DNA of 63,441 nucleotides, filler included, from Kipferlia bialata (Eukaryota): the NCBI GenBank assembly GCA_003568945.1. It is 4 parts of 4 records of this genome, joined end to end, with 100 filler letters (N's around TTAATTAATTAA, not from the genome) between each part and the next. Parts side by side here need not be neighbours in the genome. Positions count along the whole stretch, not along the records: positions 1 to 14,209 come from BDIP01000168.1; 3 more parts are not named here. One strand, 5' to 3'. A model generated the notes under the pieces. It saw only the letters and a program-made list of their open reading frames with translations, was not told where the DNA came from and did no database searches. Positions within the stretch are counted from its first letter, which is position 1, and each line of letters opens with the position of its first letter. Of this stretch, positions 1 through 12,846 are shown piece after piece. The position numbers and the translations under genes are program-made.

Positions 1-38
<38 letters not shown>

Positions 39-51
39 ACCCCACCCCCAG

Positions 52-369
52 CCACCCGACTGATGCTTCTGCTGGGTGACAACACATACACTGAGAAGAT
101 GGACTACATCAAGGCATTCTTCCAGGACTGCCACGCCATGTACCTCAGGGTCATGCTTAACCCCCTCTACACAATAGGAGGTAGGTTCCTTGAGTATCTG
201 TGGGCCCTCTCACTGATCTTATACATTGTATGCCATCTAGTACACCTCTGTCTCTCTCTGTCTCTCTCTGTCTCTCTCCCCCCCCCTCACCCCAGGCACC
301 ATCACCGACGCCAGGTTCAGAAGGGATGTCCTGGCCAAGATGGCCACACTGCAGAAGAGAATGCGGTAG
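52..369 (+). CDS. TRAPPC2: Sedlin/TRAPP complex subunit 2 (Trs20), 3' exons only
   Basis: Exons 52-180 and 296-369 (GT-AG intron 181-295) read TRLMLLLGDNTYTEKMDYIKAFFQDCHAMYLRVMLNPLYTIGGTITDARFRRDVLAKMATLQKRMR*. This matches the sedlin C-terminal pattern IKxFFx(D/E)xxxxYxxxxxNPxY...ITxxxF. Confidence 0.8.
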
Positions 370-692
370 GGGAGGGTGGCTGATTGGTTGTGTGTATTCC
401 GTATGTCTGTATATGTTAGTGCTTGGGTTAGTATCTCTTGTGCCTGATTGTCGTGAGAATGTGTCATTGTTTGTTTGGTGTTGAATAGACGTGTGTTGTC
501 TATTGGTAGAGTGTGTGTACTACTGTAGTATTTGTGGGACGAGGGGCAATTAGGCCTTGCCTTCAGAGGGACTCGCTGGTTAACCAGCCTATCAACCCCA
601 CCAATCCCTAGGGTATCTGTCCCTGATGACATTCACAAAGGGTCGTGGGCGTTACAGCTGCCTCAGTTCTGCCAAGAGGCGACTCACAACCT

Positions 693-694
<2 letters not shown>

Positions 695-737
<43 letters not shown>

Positions 738-763
738 GCCCCCCCCCCCCCCCCCCCCCCCCC
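695..763. repeat. Poly-C tract, probable collapsed or low-confidence assembly joint
   Basis: About 65 C residues; the tract produces the spurious poly-Pro ORFs in the ORF track. Confidence 0.7.
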
Positions 764-989
764 CGACCAATATATAGAATAGTATATGGTATATATATAC
801 TCTATCCACTATGTTCTGTTTCGCCTATTTCTCCAACTCCTCCCCCTTCTCACTCCAGGAGGTGTGCTGTGTTGCAGTATTACTTACACACTATGTATCT
901 AATCGCCTTTCTAGCTCTCTCCCTGTCCTTCCTCACATATATGTTCCTCTCTTTGAGGCTATATCCTATATATCTGTCCTCACCCCCAG

Positions 990-2079
990 GAGGTGTGCTG
1001 TGGGGAGGATGTTACCAAGCACGCATTCTCAGTGGCATGTACAGGTGTATATACTCATACTGATAGGAACACATTCTCTCTATGCATACTCTACCCTGTT
1101 ATGGATATTGTTCTCTCTCTCCCGCTATCTGTCTCTATGTATATGCTCCATTGTAACTACCTCATACCCTCTCTTCTGTGCCCTCTGGTGCCTGTTTCAC
1201 CTCTCTCTCTCTCTCTCTCTCCCCCCTTTCTCTGTCTCTATATATATATGTGTACTAACTCTAGGCCCTCTCTTTTGTGCTCTGTGGTGCCTGTTGTACA
1301 GATCATCAGTACTCACACACTACTGCAGCCTGGAGCCAATATACGCGGTAAGTATCTATCTACTCTACTATTGCCTCTTCCTTGTATTCCCTCTCTCACA
1401 GTTGTCAGCTGTCTCACCTCAGCCACCCCTTTCTCTACCAGCTATTCCCTCTTCCGTACTACTCCCGCTATCGTTGTCTCCAGGTGTATCTCACCCCAGC
1501 TCCTCATCCTCTCCCTGCCCTGCACAGCCGTTGAGTATCTGACACACTGGGGCATAGACGTGACAAAGACTAGGTATACCCTTCATGCATATATACTCAT
1601 TCATATCATATGTATATGTCAATGGTATATACTTGGATATAGTATCTGACACACTGGGGCATAGACGTCACAAAGACTAGGTCGGGACACACATGTATAT
1701 ATATACATATGTGGCACACCCTCGTCTGACCGGCAGGATCAGGAAGAAGCATGACATCAAGAGAGGGCACGGGTGTCTGATTCCCCTGCACGTCACAGAC
1801 CAGGTACTGTGTTGAGCTAGTTACCAATGCGATCTCCCTCTCTGTATGAACTATGAGTGTCTGACAAAGAGTTCACATTTCTATCATTCACATTGCTATC
1901 TGCTTTGTTTGCTCACCTCTGTCTCTCTCTCTCTATCTCTCTCTCTCTGGATATCTATATATATTTCTCTATATATATATATTCCTCACCACCAGTTCCT
2001 GCACATGTCTGTCATCACTGGCTGCTGTGTCTTCAGTGTCCAGTACACCATGTACCGGTACACACCATGTGACGTGTAG
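990..2079 (+). CDS. DUF3307-family membrane protein (spliced; 5' part lost at the poly-C tract, possibly starting at ATG 626)
   Basis: Five in-phase exons read EVCCGEDVTKHAFSVACT|GPLFCALWCLLY...EPIYA|LLILSLPCTAVEYLTHWGIDVTKTR|IRKKHDIKRGHGCLIPLHVTDQ|FLHMSVITGCCVF...CDV*. The HxxIDxxK and DQxLH motifs are the DUF3307 signature. Confidence 0.7.
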
Positions 2080-2650
2080 ATACACCATCAGATTAAGACA
2101 TGGCCCATGTACCCGTAGAGAGGCGACGGTCAGAGAATCAGACAACGCTTGCACCACAAAGGAGAGGACTCCTCACCTGTATCGGTGGCGTATCGAGACG
2201 AGACGAGACCTGGTGTTAATCCCTGTGCTACAATGGGGTGGATTGAGTGAAGGGTTGGAGACACCCAGTGCTCCATGCGTACTGCAAAGATAGCCATCCT
2301 GCGTGACATAAGGGGTCTTTTCAGGATTTCGCAATGATATGTTCACCAGGTGTGGTACACACGTGTTGTTGATCACCACTGGGAGTGATGTGCATATGTC
2401 CTCAGACATGAGAGCGTGTGTGGTGATGTTAATAGGAAGAACACTGGCACCTTCCTGTATTAGTTAGTTCGTGGATAGCGGTGTCTTATCATTGTATACT
2501 GATACAGCTCTGACGAGCCAAATTAGGCTCAGATGTGTTTCAGGGAAACTTCACATCTACCATTGTGAGACAAGTGTAATAGACATCCGAATACCATGGT
2601 CTATATGTCCCACTCTCAGCAAGAATATAACAAGAAGTGTCTCTATTGTG

Positions 2651-3375
2651 CTATCTCCGCTTGGCCCGCGCACTCTTCCTGCCACTCTCTCTCTCCCTCC
2701 CACCCTTTCGAGAGACAGGAAGATCGTCTAGCACGACGCTATGCACACTCTCCTCACTCTCTCTCCCCCTCTGTCTCACAGGACTGCCGGTGAGGAAGGG
2801 CACCTCTCTCTCCCTCTCCCTCTCCCTTGCCCTCTCCACACCTCTTCCTGGGCTGGTATACACATGCGGCATCGGCATTGGGGCGTGTCTGTTGGGTGTA
2901 GGTGAGGCATTGGCAGGGTAGTCCACCCTAGACACTGTACTTGTTAGCGGTGGGGTGGATACAGGGCGTGTGGGTGTCAGGGGTCCCTGGGGGTTGGTGG
3001 GTGGACCACCGACATGCACTGTCGACATGCCAAAGATGTCTCCCTCTCTCTCCCTCTCTCTCTCCCTCTCCACCCCATGCATTGACTGCTGGACTATGTC
3101 CCCTGTAGAGAGTACATCATCCTCATCCTCCCCCTCTCCCTCTGGGTACTCTGGATACTGGGGGTACAGGGTACCATACTCCCTCTCTCTTGTGTACACA
3201 TTGGCATCAGGGTATCCACCCTCGTAGTGGGGCCCTGTATCCACCTCCCCCTCTGCCTCTCTCTCTCTCCCCCCCTTCCCCATCATCACTCTGTCCTTCT
3301 CCATCGTGAAGTGGTACAGACCAGAGTGTAGCTCAGGCATCTGAGAATGAGGTATATATACAAAATGTAAGGATA

Positions 3376-3419
<44 letters not shown>

Positions 3420-4091
3420 TGGTACAGCCCAGAGTGCAGCTCAGGCATCTGGAGGTAAGAAGAAATATGAAGAGGGTACACAAACACATACAAGAGACTT
3501 AGAGAGGGAGGGAGAGAGAGATGGTGAAGTGGTAAAGCCCAGAGTGGAGCTTCGGCATCAAAAGATGAGAGACAACGGTAGCAGAAGGACATAACATATG
3601 TATATGTATATAGAGTCTCACTTACATTAGATAGTGTCCCCATCTGCCTCCCTGTCGCCATGCCCCAGGTGGCCCTGCCCCTCAGACCGGCATCCTCTCC
3701 CTCTCTCTCTCCCTCTCCCTCTCCCTCTGCCCCTCCTTGCTCCATGTCAAGGCCATACCCGTAGTCCTCAGCCTCTCTCTCCCTCTCACCCCCTAGCACC
3801 AAACCAGTAGAGGTACCCCCAAGGACAGGGAATGCCTCGACATCTCTCTCTCTCTGTGTACTGTGTGGTGGGGTACTGACTGCAATGGGTGCACCCTGGG
3901 TGGCATAGGGCGGAGGGGGGGTGTCTCTGCCTGCCTTGACTACGAACTCAGTCCTTGAGTGTGAGAAATAGACACAAAGGAGACAGAGAAGAGAGAGATT
4001 AGTCGTAGTGGAATATGAATACCCTACCTAGCGTGCAGTGGTGACACTGACCCATAGGCACTGAGGGAGTCACCTCTGCCACTGAGCATAT

Positions 4092-4129
<38 letters not shown>

Positions 4130-5482
4130 CTGACAGTTCCACTCACACCAGTGCCCAGGGTGGGATACACACGCTCCCTCTCCCTCTGTCTCTCCCGCTG
4201 TGCCTCTCTCTCTGCCTCTCTCTCCTCCACCAGCTTCTGTCTCTCTCTCTCCACAACAGCCTCAATCTGGGGTGAAACTAGGCCACACAAACACACAAAC
4301 ACACACACACATACACACACACATATATATATACTAACAGTTATCCGGAGTGAGGATGGAGTACAACGACAAACTCTCTAATGTAGAGAAAAAGTGATAG
4401 AGATTCTCTATCATTACAAAAGCCACCAGCTAAACACTTGGTAATACACATAATGAATGTATATATAAATCACATCCACACATACAAATATGAGCATTGA
4501 TACCTGCGCATTGATGCTTGTCCTGAGAGGTATACCACATGAATAATGGGTCTTACATTACTACAATGCAAGTAGTAGAGTAGTGGGTAAAGTGGGGGCA
4601 CTGATACCTGTGCATTGATGCTTGCCCTGAGTGGCGCCTCCTCCAGCGGCACAAGGGGTACATCTGTACTAGCAGACACTAGCATGGATGGGGGGATGGC
4701 AGAGGGCCACTGGGCAGAGAGCTCCTGCCTACAGAGTGAGATCAGATATAAATATATATATAGAGAGAGACGTATATATAAAAATATATATGTATGTATG
4801 GCAGAGGGCCACTGCGCAGAGAGCTCATTCCTAAATAGTGAGAAATATGTATGGAGAGAGAAAGTGTGTGTGTGAGAGAGAGTGTGTGAGAGACCTCGTT
4901 CTTGTAGGGTAAGAAATGTATACACTGCATGCATGTAGAGAGAGCGAGGAGTAAGATATACTTGGAGTCATGTACCTGAACTCCCTGATGACCTCCTCCA
5001 TCCTCTCTCTCTCTATGGCTGCCACCCTGTCTCTGTACCACTGGGTGTATGGGTCAACCCAGGCATCCTGGGGGTGAGGGAAGGCATAGTATCAACACTT
5101 TAACTTCATGCGTGTATACATCCACGAAATCTGGAGAGAGAGAAGTGCCTATACCTCCTCGTGTCTCTGCCTCATGTCCTCCACCTGCTTGCGCCACCAC
5201 CTGGGGGTTAGTACATCCACAGAACATAGAATAGTATAGTACACTAGGAGGTCGGTATCAAAGTGAGCGTGAGGAATAATAGGACATGACTACACACCAG
5301 GAGTGAAACATATACAAAGAGAGGATATCAAACACACATCAATATGACAATATATGTATATACATACACTGTCCTCTACCTAAGGTGGTGCCTGAGCTTC
5401 AGCACCCTGGCATTCACGGCCAGTCTCCTCTCCTGGTGGGTATGGAGGGAGGACAGGGCCTGGGGGTAAAGAACCAGAGTAT

Positions 5483-5520
<38 letters not shown>

Positions 5521-8500
5521 TGTAGTGTTGAACATTACATCCTGGTGGGTGTGCAGGGAGGACAGGGCCTGGGTAAGGGACACGAGATACACTATACTAT
5601 ATACATACAATATACCATATACAAATTCTATGCTGTAACATATATGGTGTGCAGGGAGGACAGGGGTCATATAGAATCCATAATGACAATATGTATACAT
5701 ACATAATACCCTACCTCCCTCCATGCGGCCAGTGCTGTCTGTCTGGTCACACACACATATATACATAACCCATACATAACTATATATGTATTAATGTGTG
5801 TGTATAATGCCCTACCTCCCTCCATGCCCCTAGTGCTGTCTGTCTGGTCACTGTGTCAGACCGGGAGGACAAGGCAGAGTAGACAGAACGCCTGGGGGTC
5901 AGAAGAACATACTATACAACACCCAATGATAGGCAGAGTATACACAGTATCCTCACCTCTTTGCCACTGCCTCTCGGAGTGTGTGTAGCACCCTCCTCTG
6001 CCTTGACATGGCCATGGAGGTCTGGAGGGCAGCACCCCTGGAGGATGAGAGGGAGAGTAACGCAGCATATATATATATATATATATATATATATCATCTA
6101 TACTGGTATATTCTGTCTGGACCTGGCCATGGAGGTCTGGAGGGCGGCACCCCTGGGGGATGAGGGAGAAACGAGTTATATACAATATACAGTACTACTT
6201 ACCTGTCGTATAGTGTAGCCATCTCTCTGCCATCCGTACCACAGTTATATATATACATGTGTGTATATATGCTATATACATATACTATTTACATATATAC
6301 TAACCTATCATACAATGTGGCCTCTCTCTCTGCCATCCTGGCCACGGCTATATATATATCTATATATATATATCTATATATATATACTATTTGAATATAT
6401 GTATATTACTATATACCTATCATAGAGTGTAGCCTCCCTCTCTGCCATCCGTGCCACCGCTGTCAGTCTCCACACAGCCAGGGACAGGGCCAGGGAGCGG
6501 GAGGCCCTATTGGTAAGATATATATCTGTATCAATATATGCGAACACATGTGTAGTGTATATCCCAGCCACAGAGCTTGCTGGTGTCACTATTAGGCGTA
6601 TATACGCAGTGTTAGTTCTCACCTCTGTTCCCGTATCTGTGTCTCCTTCTGCTGGGTCTCAGACACGGCCTGGGGGTGAGTTAGTATGTACATAGTGATG
6701 AGAAGTTGTATCACATGTAACGTACACGTGTAGAGTACACACTAGGAATACTTACTGCGTATGAATGAATATATATATATATACCTTCCTCCACAGGCCC
6801 ATGTGTGTCACTGTCAGCAGTCTAGTCCTGAGTGATAGAGCCTTGGCCACCTTGGCCTCACCCTCCTTTCTAGCCTGCTCCTGCTTCCTAAGGGTAAGTA
6901 ATCCATTAATATATATATTCATGGAATATGTAAAGAGGAGTAGCATATACCTGCTCCTGCTTCCTAGAGGGTAAGGTATATTACTATATTACAGTGATCC
7001 GAAACATGAGTAGTATAGGGGACGAGTATCCCCCTCCTTACACAAGCTTACGGTAGAGATATATACCTGAACTTCTCGATGCCGTCCTGTATGCTCTTGG
7101 CCCTCTCTCTGTGCCTCTCTCTCTCCTCTCTCCTCAGCCTAGGGGTAAGCAAGAAAGAGAGAAATATCTCATGTATATATGAAATTATACGCTCTGGGCC
7201 ATACCTAGCATCGTTCTCCCTCTGCTTCTCTCTCTTGAGCTCTGCCTCTCTCTCCCTCTTCCTCGCTGCCTGTTCGTGTCTCTCCTTGATCAGATCCCTC
7301 CTCGTCTTGGGGGTGGGTGTCTTACCACCCTTACCCCTCACTGTAGGTGTGGTATCCCTAGCGCCACTCCTGGGGACACTGGTCCTAGGACGAACCTGGG
7401 TATCAATAACGGAGCACTATAACTATATGTTGGTGGTGCTACAACACATCAACAGCAATACAAGGAGACACCTACAAATATAGAGTATCGACATGAGAAA
7501 CTGATTCTCACATACCCGTCTGCTACTACTCCTCCCACTTCTGGGTGGTCTACCCTCACTCTGCGGCACTCCTCTTTCTCTCTCTCTTGCTGTACCAGAG
7601 GGTGGGGCAGATTGTCTGGATTGGGTGGTGGCAGCCCTTGATGGAGTGGAACTAGCTGTTTCAGGCGTAGAGGCACCTCCCTCCACACTCTCGGTATGTA
7701 CTGTGGGTGTCTGTGGGTGTGCAGGTGTGCCAGGCTGGGTGGGAGGGGCAGAGACTAGCACGTCAGTCTCAGCTTCCCCTTGCCCTGCCTCACTCTCTAG
7801 CACTTCGCTCTCTCCCTCTTCCTCCCCCTCCTCCTGAACCTAAAGGGTTAGTGTAGTACGATACTCATATTAACTAATATATACATATACAACACAGGTG
7901 TGTATACCCATACCTTTGATATGAACTGTTCGAATGTATTACGTATCATATAGCATATTATCCCTAGATATATGCACGGCCCATATATATGTTACTATGA
8001 GTGTACGTAAAGTACCTTTGATATGAACTGTTCAATGGCACTGCGCCTGGTAGCTGCCTGCTCCTCCCTCTCTCTCTCCCTGGCGGAGTGCTTGGCAGTC
8101 ACGTGCCACGCTCGGCAGAACTGGGATAAGGACTCATAGAACTACGGTATACAGTTAGATACACATACGGATACGTTGAGAGATCGTATAGACAGTGAAA
8201 GAGAGAGTGCTTGGCAGTCAGGTGCCACGCACGGCAGAACTAGAGTTAGATGGGTGCGCTGATATACACTAAGAGAGAGAGAGAGAGGGGGGGGGGGGAT
8301 TGGCAGTCACGTGCCACGCCCGGCAGAACTGGCGTAAACCATTACTATATACATATACAGAGAGAATGACAACTATATCGCATTATCTCCTATGCATAGA
8401 CCCTGTACCTTGATGAGTGTCCTGGCCCTATGATGTCTCTCGGCCTGATGGTCAGAAGACATGCATAGTACAACACTTAACCAGGGATGTCAATTACTCT

Positions 8501-9246
8501 GTATCCGCACCTGTATCTCGAGCAGTGCCTCCTGCTTGGCCTGTATACACATGGGATATATATATATATATGTATATGTATGAAGATGTATATATACATG
8601 TATGTATAATATATATAGCTCTATTTCTACCTGTATCTTGAGCAGTGCCTCCTGCATGGCCTGTATACACATGCGACATATACACATGGGATATATATAT
8701 AGATAGATATATATATATATACATGTATGAGTATTCGGTATCTTGAGTACCTGTATCTTTAGCAGTGCCTCCTGCTTTGCCTGTATCTTGGCCTGCTCCT
8801 CAGCTATCTGGGCCTGTCTCTTGAGGTAGGCAGAGCGCATGAGACGTAGAAACATGGGGTGAGATGGAATATATATATATATATATATAGGTGGTATATA
8901 TATATGTGTACATATCAATATGTATCTGGGCCTGTCTCTTGAGGAAGGCAGACAGAGCTAAAGACGTGAGACGGTGGTTCAGTAGATACATTATTATGTG
9001 TGTGTAGATTCTGACACCCATATATACCTATTGAGTGTCACCAGTCTGTGATGCTCCCTGGCATGCCCTATCTTGACCTTGGACACCCTGACCTGCTTGT
9101 GCCACAGGGACAGGTGGTGGGCTGGGGGGTAAGGGATACATACATACATATATATATATGGATAGATATAGGGACAGAGACAGAGAGAGAGGGGGTAGAC
9201 CTGCTTGTGCCACAGGGACAGGTGGTGGGCTGGGGTGTTTGGGATA

Positions 9247-9299
<53 letters not shown>

Positions 9300-10035
9300 T
9301 TATGGATAGATATAGGGAGATATAGAGAGAGAGCTAGACCTGCTTGTGCCACAGGGACAGGTGGTGGGCTGCGATAAATAGGTAGGTATATATGGGTGCT
9401 ATATAATACAAGGAGTCACCACTGAGGGGTGGATGTGCATATTTGGAGTGATATTCTTGTCCCACAGGAAGTGGACTGGGAGCGAGGTATACTGTAGTGT
9501 ATATCACATGTCCACACCTATCATCCTGCTCTCCCTCCTGGCAGCAACATACACAGAGTGTATACAGATACTGATATATACTGATGCATACTGATGCTGC
9601 ATATGACACATGAGCATACCTATTATCCTGCTCCTCTCCCTCCTGGCAGCGCCCTCGGCCTCGGCAAGGGCAGCCTGTGGATTAGAAAATTTCTACACCA
9701 TATAGAGACTCGTATACACACTGGTATAGACTGATTATCCACTTCACATCATAGAGATCTAGTTACCTGCAGTATCAGCTGGTCGTTGGCCCTCTTCTCC
9801 GCCCGCTCCCTGGGGGTCAGATGCAAGCTAATATTCATGTACCACTGTGACTATATTCCTCTTAACTCCTCTATAAACTATACATGTACATCTTACCTCT
9901 CCTGCCTCTGCACCTCCAGCTCCTGTATCTCTGCCTCCCGTCTCTTGGCCTCCATTCTGTGGAATGCCTCCTGCCTGGTCTTCTCCACATCCCGTACAAC
10001 CTACGGTCAGAGGGAGAGAAGAATAGAGTGCATAC

Positions 10036-10078
<43 letters not shown>

Positions 10079-10783
10079 CCTGCCTCGTGTCTGATCTGCA
10101 GCCACCGCTCAGCCTTGTGCTCTCTCTTCTTGGCATCCATAGACCTGGAGTGAGTACTTGCAGGGTCCTAAGAACAATATGCGTGTCAGTATCTCTATCA
10201 GTATATAGTGATTACTCACTTCAGCCTTGACTCCAACTGAGCCAGCCTCTCCCTGGTTGCCTCCTCCTCCTGCAGGTGTCTCTGCCGGGCAGCCTCACTG
10301 CGCCTGGGGTCAGATACACATGTATAAATGGGAATTCTTCTAGTACACATAGAAACATATATGATATTTATACCACACCTTGCTCTCTGCTGTGCCTGTT
10401 CCTGTCTGTGCCTGGTGGCCACCTCTCTCTCTCCCTCTCTCCCACTATATATACACACACACATATATATATAAATACTATATCCTACCTTGCCCTCTGC
10501 TGTGCCTGTTCCTGTCTGTGCCTTGTGACTCTCCCTCTCTCTCTCTCTCTATATATATACTATACTATATATGTACCTAGCTCTCTGCTGTGCCTGTTCC
10601 TGTCTGTGTCTTGTGGCCACAGCATGGTCTAGGCCAGCAGGGACAGGGAGGGAGGGGCGGGGGGAGGCCCTGTGGGTAAGGGTAATGCTAGTCATGTGTA
10701 AATGTATATATTGTTAGTCAACCAACACAATAATTATACAATGAGAGTACCTCGACCGAGTCCTCCTCTCCGCTGTCCTTGAT

Positions 10784-10816
<33 letters not shown>

Positions 10817-11892
10817 CATAGATGTATATACACTATATATATGCATAGCCATTACCTAGAGCGTGTCCTCCTCTCCGGTGTCCTATAGCTATGTGGGCAT
10901 ACATGCATCAATATATCATGCATAGTATAACGATACATAATAACTGGAAGTACCTAGAGCGTGTCCTTCTCTCCGGTGTCCTAGACACACTGGATGCACT
11001 GGGTGTGTGACTGGGGGCATGGGATGGGCCAGGGGGAGGGGCAAGGCCAACCTGGAAATTGAGAATTGGGCATGCACTATATTCATATATATGGAAAACT
11101 CTCCTACAGCCACTCTAGCCATCACAAACCCACCCAGGGAATAAAAGCGTAATTACACATGATAATATGACCCCTGGGAGTATACTGGCTGAATATGTAC
11201 TCAACCAATATATATTCTGTGATTCCACATGGGTATAATGTATTTCGCAGAACATACACACCTCACTCAGTATACTCAGTGCATCCTGTTCCAGACTGGC
11301 TGTGAGGTTGGCCAGGGGCCGGCCCCTCACGGCACCCTGGGGTCAATACATATCCTATATGTACTATACTATACAATATTTGCAACATATATATGCATAG
11401 AGGTCATTTACACGACAGATACCCACCTGTCTCTGGTGTCTGTCCAGCTCAGTCCCTGTGAGTATAAGTATATATACATACCCATATACTGCACATACTA
11501 TATATATATATACTATTCACACCTGTCTCTGGTGTCTGTCCAGTTCACTCTCAGTCACTATCAGTGAACCATACTACACATACTATCTCTCTCTATCTAT
11601 ACAATATATATGCTATAAATATATACCTGTCTCTGGTGTCTGTCCAGCTCAGTCTCTGTCACTATCAGTGTAACGATCCTACATATACAACCTCTCTCTC
11701 TCTATATATATATATATGTATATGCTATTAATAAATACCTGTCTGTCCAGCTCCGTCTCTGTCACGACATATACTATCTCTCTCTATATATATGTATATA
11801 TGATATACATATATATACCTGTCTCTGGTGTCTGTCCAGCTCTGTCTCTGTCTGTCTGGCCTCCTCCAGCCAGCCATCGATGGCAGCCCGGG
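2651..11892 (-). CDS. CCDC191-like / Sfi1-repeat coiled-coil protein (multi-exon, 5' end missing)
   Basis: Phase-consistent exons carry Sfi1-type ...(F/L)xxW(R/K/H) repeats: HHLSLWHKQVRVSKVKIGHAREHH, AERHHRARTLIK|FCRAWH, RLLTVTHMGLWRK, SLALSLAVWR, TALGAWRE, HHLR|WWRK. A low-complexity tail ends at stop 2651. Motif order resembles CCDC191 as I recall it. Confidence 0.6.
11423..11855 (-). repeat. Five-copy array of an exon 3' end plus splice donor (TETELDRHQRQ|GT), period ~80-112 bp
   Basis: CCTGTCTCTGGTGTCTGTCCAG-type units start near 11423, 11519, 11625, 11737 (9-nt deletion) and 11817 (the real exon). They are separated by divergent AT-rich spacers. Confidence 0.9.
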
Positions 11893-11922
11893 CTGGAGGT
11901 TAGACAACACTAGAGAGAGGGG

Positions 11923-11957
<35 letters not shown>

Positions 11958-12012
11958 CATCGATGGAGTAAAGGAGTATTGGAGAGAGAGAGAGAGAAGT
12001 GGAATGTGTGTG

Positions 12013-12036
12013 AGGGGGGGGGGGGGGGGAAAAAAA

Positions 12037-12073
<37 letters not shown>
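12013..12073. repeat. Poly-G tract that joins two incomplete genes (likely mis-join or collapse)
   Basis: The decarboxylase gene stops after ~67 codons on one side, and the CCDC191-like gene lacks a start on the other. Confidence 0.7.
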
Positions 12074-12074
<1 letters not shown>

Positions 12075-12201
12075 TTTCCCTATCGATAAGAGACGATAAA
12101 AATACATGCATGTACACTGCATGTGATAAACATTCAAGTAGTACACAGGGAGAATAGAGAGGGCGATGAAGTCAATAGCATATGCAAATAGATACCCCTA
12201 C

Positions 12202-12607
12202 CTCTGGGCATGGGCATGCCTTCAGAGAGAAGCAGTGCAGAGCATTGTCAGTGGGGAAAGAGGCGAGGAGGTCAGAGACCAGCTCGTTGATGCGGACCTG
12301 GCAGTCAGAAGTGGGGACGGACTGTGCTACTAACACTGAAAGACCAGCAGAGTATCCTGAAGACTGATATCATATGGCTACTACTTAACCACTCAGTGGC
12401 ATACATAAATCACTGGCATGCATCAATCACTGGATTATGTGAGCTACTGCCGTGACACTCGACCAGTTATGCCTACCAGTAATAACTTGACCTACCACCC
12501 ACCTCATCATAGACCACCACACAGTCGTCATCCTCTCCCTCAAGGGCACGCAGAGCAGCACCCTTGGCCCTGGCACGAGAGGCAGCGGTGAGTCCAAGGT
12601 CAGACAT
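12202..12607 (-). CDS. Group IV PLP-dependent decarboxylase (diaminopimelate/ornithine decarboxylase family), first two exons
   Basis: MSDLGLTAASRARAKGAALRALEGEDDDCVVVYDE|VRINELVSDLLASFPTDNALHCFSLKACPCPE matches the LysA/ODC N-terminus (VYD...AFP...YAVKAN). The PLP lysine is in FSLKAC. Confidence 0.7.
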
Positions 12608-12846
12608 GGTGTAGGTTGGTTGGGTGAAGAGAAGAGGAATAGTTGAGCTGTTGTTTTGGGATTCCGTTTCACTTTAATCGGTGTCACTGTGAGTCACAGT
12701 CTGTGACAGTGTCAGTGACACAGAGTCTCTTTCGGATACCATTGTCTCCTCCCCCCCTCACGCGGCTTCACTTGTACACACACGCTCTCTATTAATCGGA
12801 AGAGCAATATGATAATCGTACAATGCATAACAAAATTCACTCATCC

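Noticed and set aside
532..1063. Poly-proline ORFs (also near 12014-12073 and 50906-50948)
   Set aside because: They are products of homopolymer C/G tracts.
1969..2409. Minus-strand ORF pair separated by a single TGA
   Set aside because: It partly overlaps the last DUF3307 exon in antisense, and I found no coherent exon chain or motif.
11423..11855. CRISPR-like repeat/spacer appearance
   Set aside because: The repeats are copies of a coding exon end with splice donors, the spacers are intron-like and AT-rich, and there are no cas genes in this eukaryotic context.
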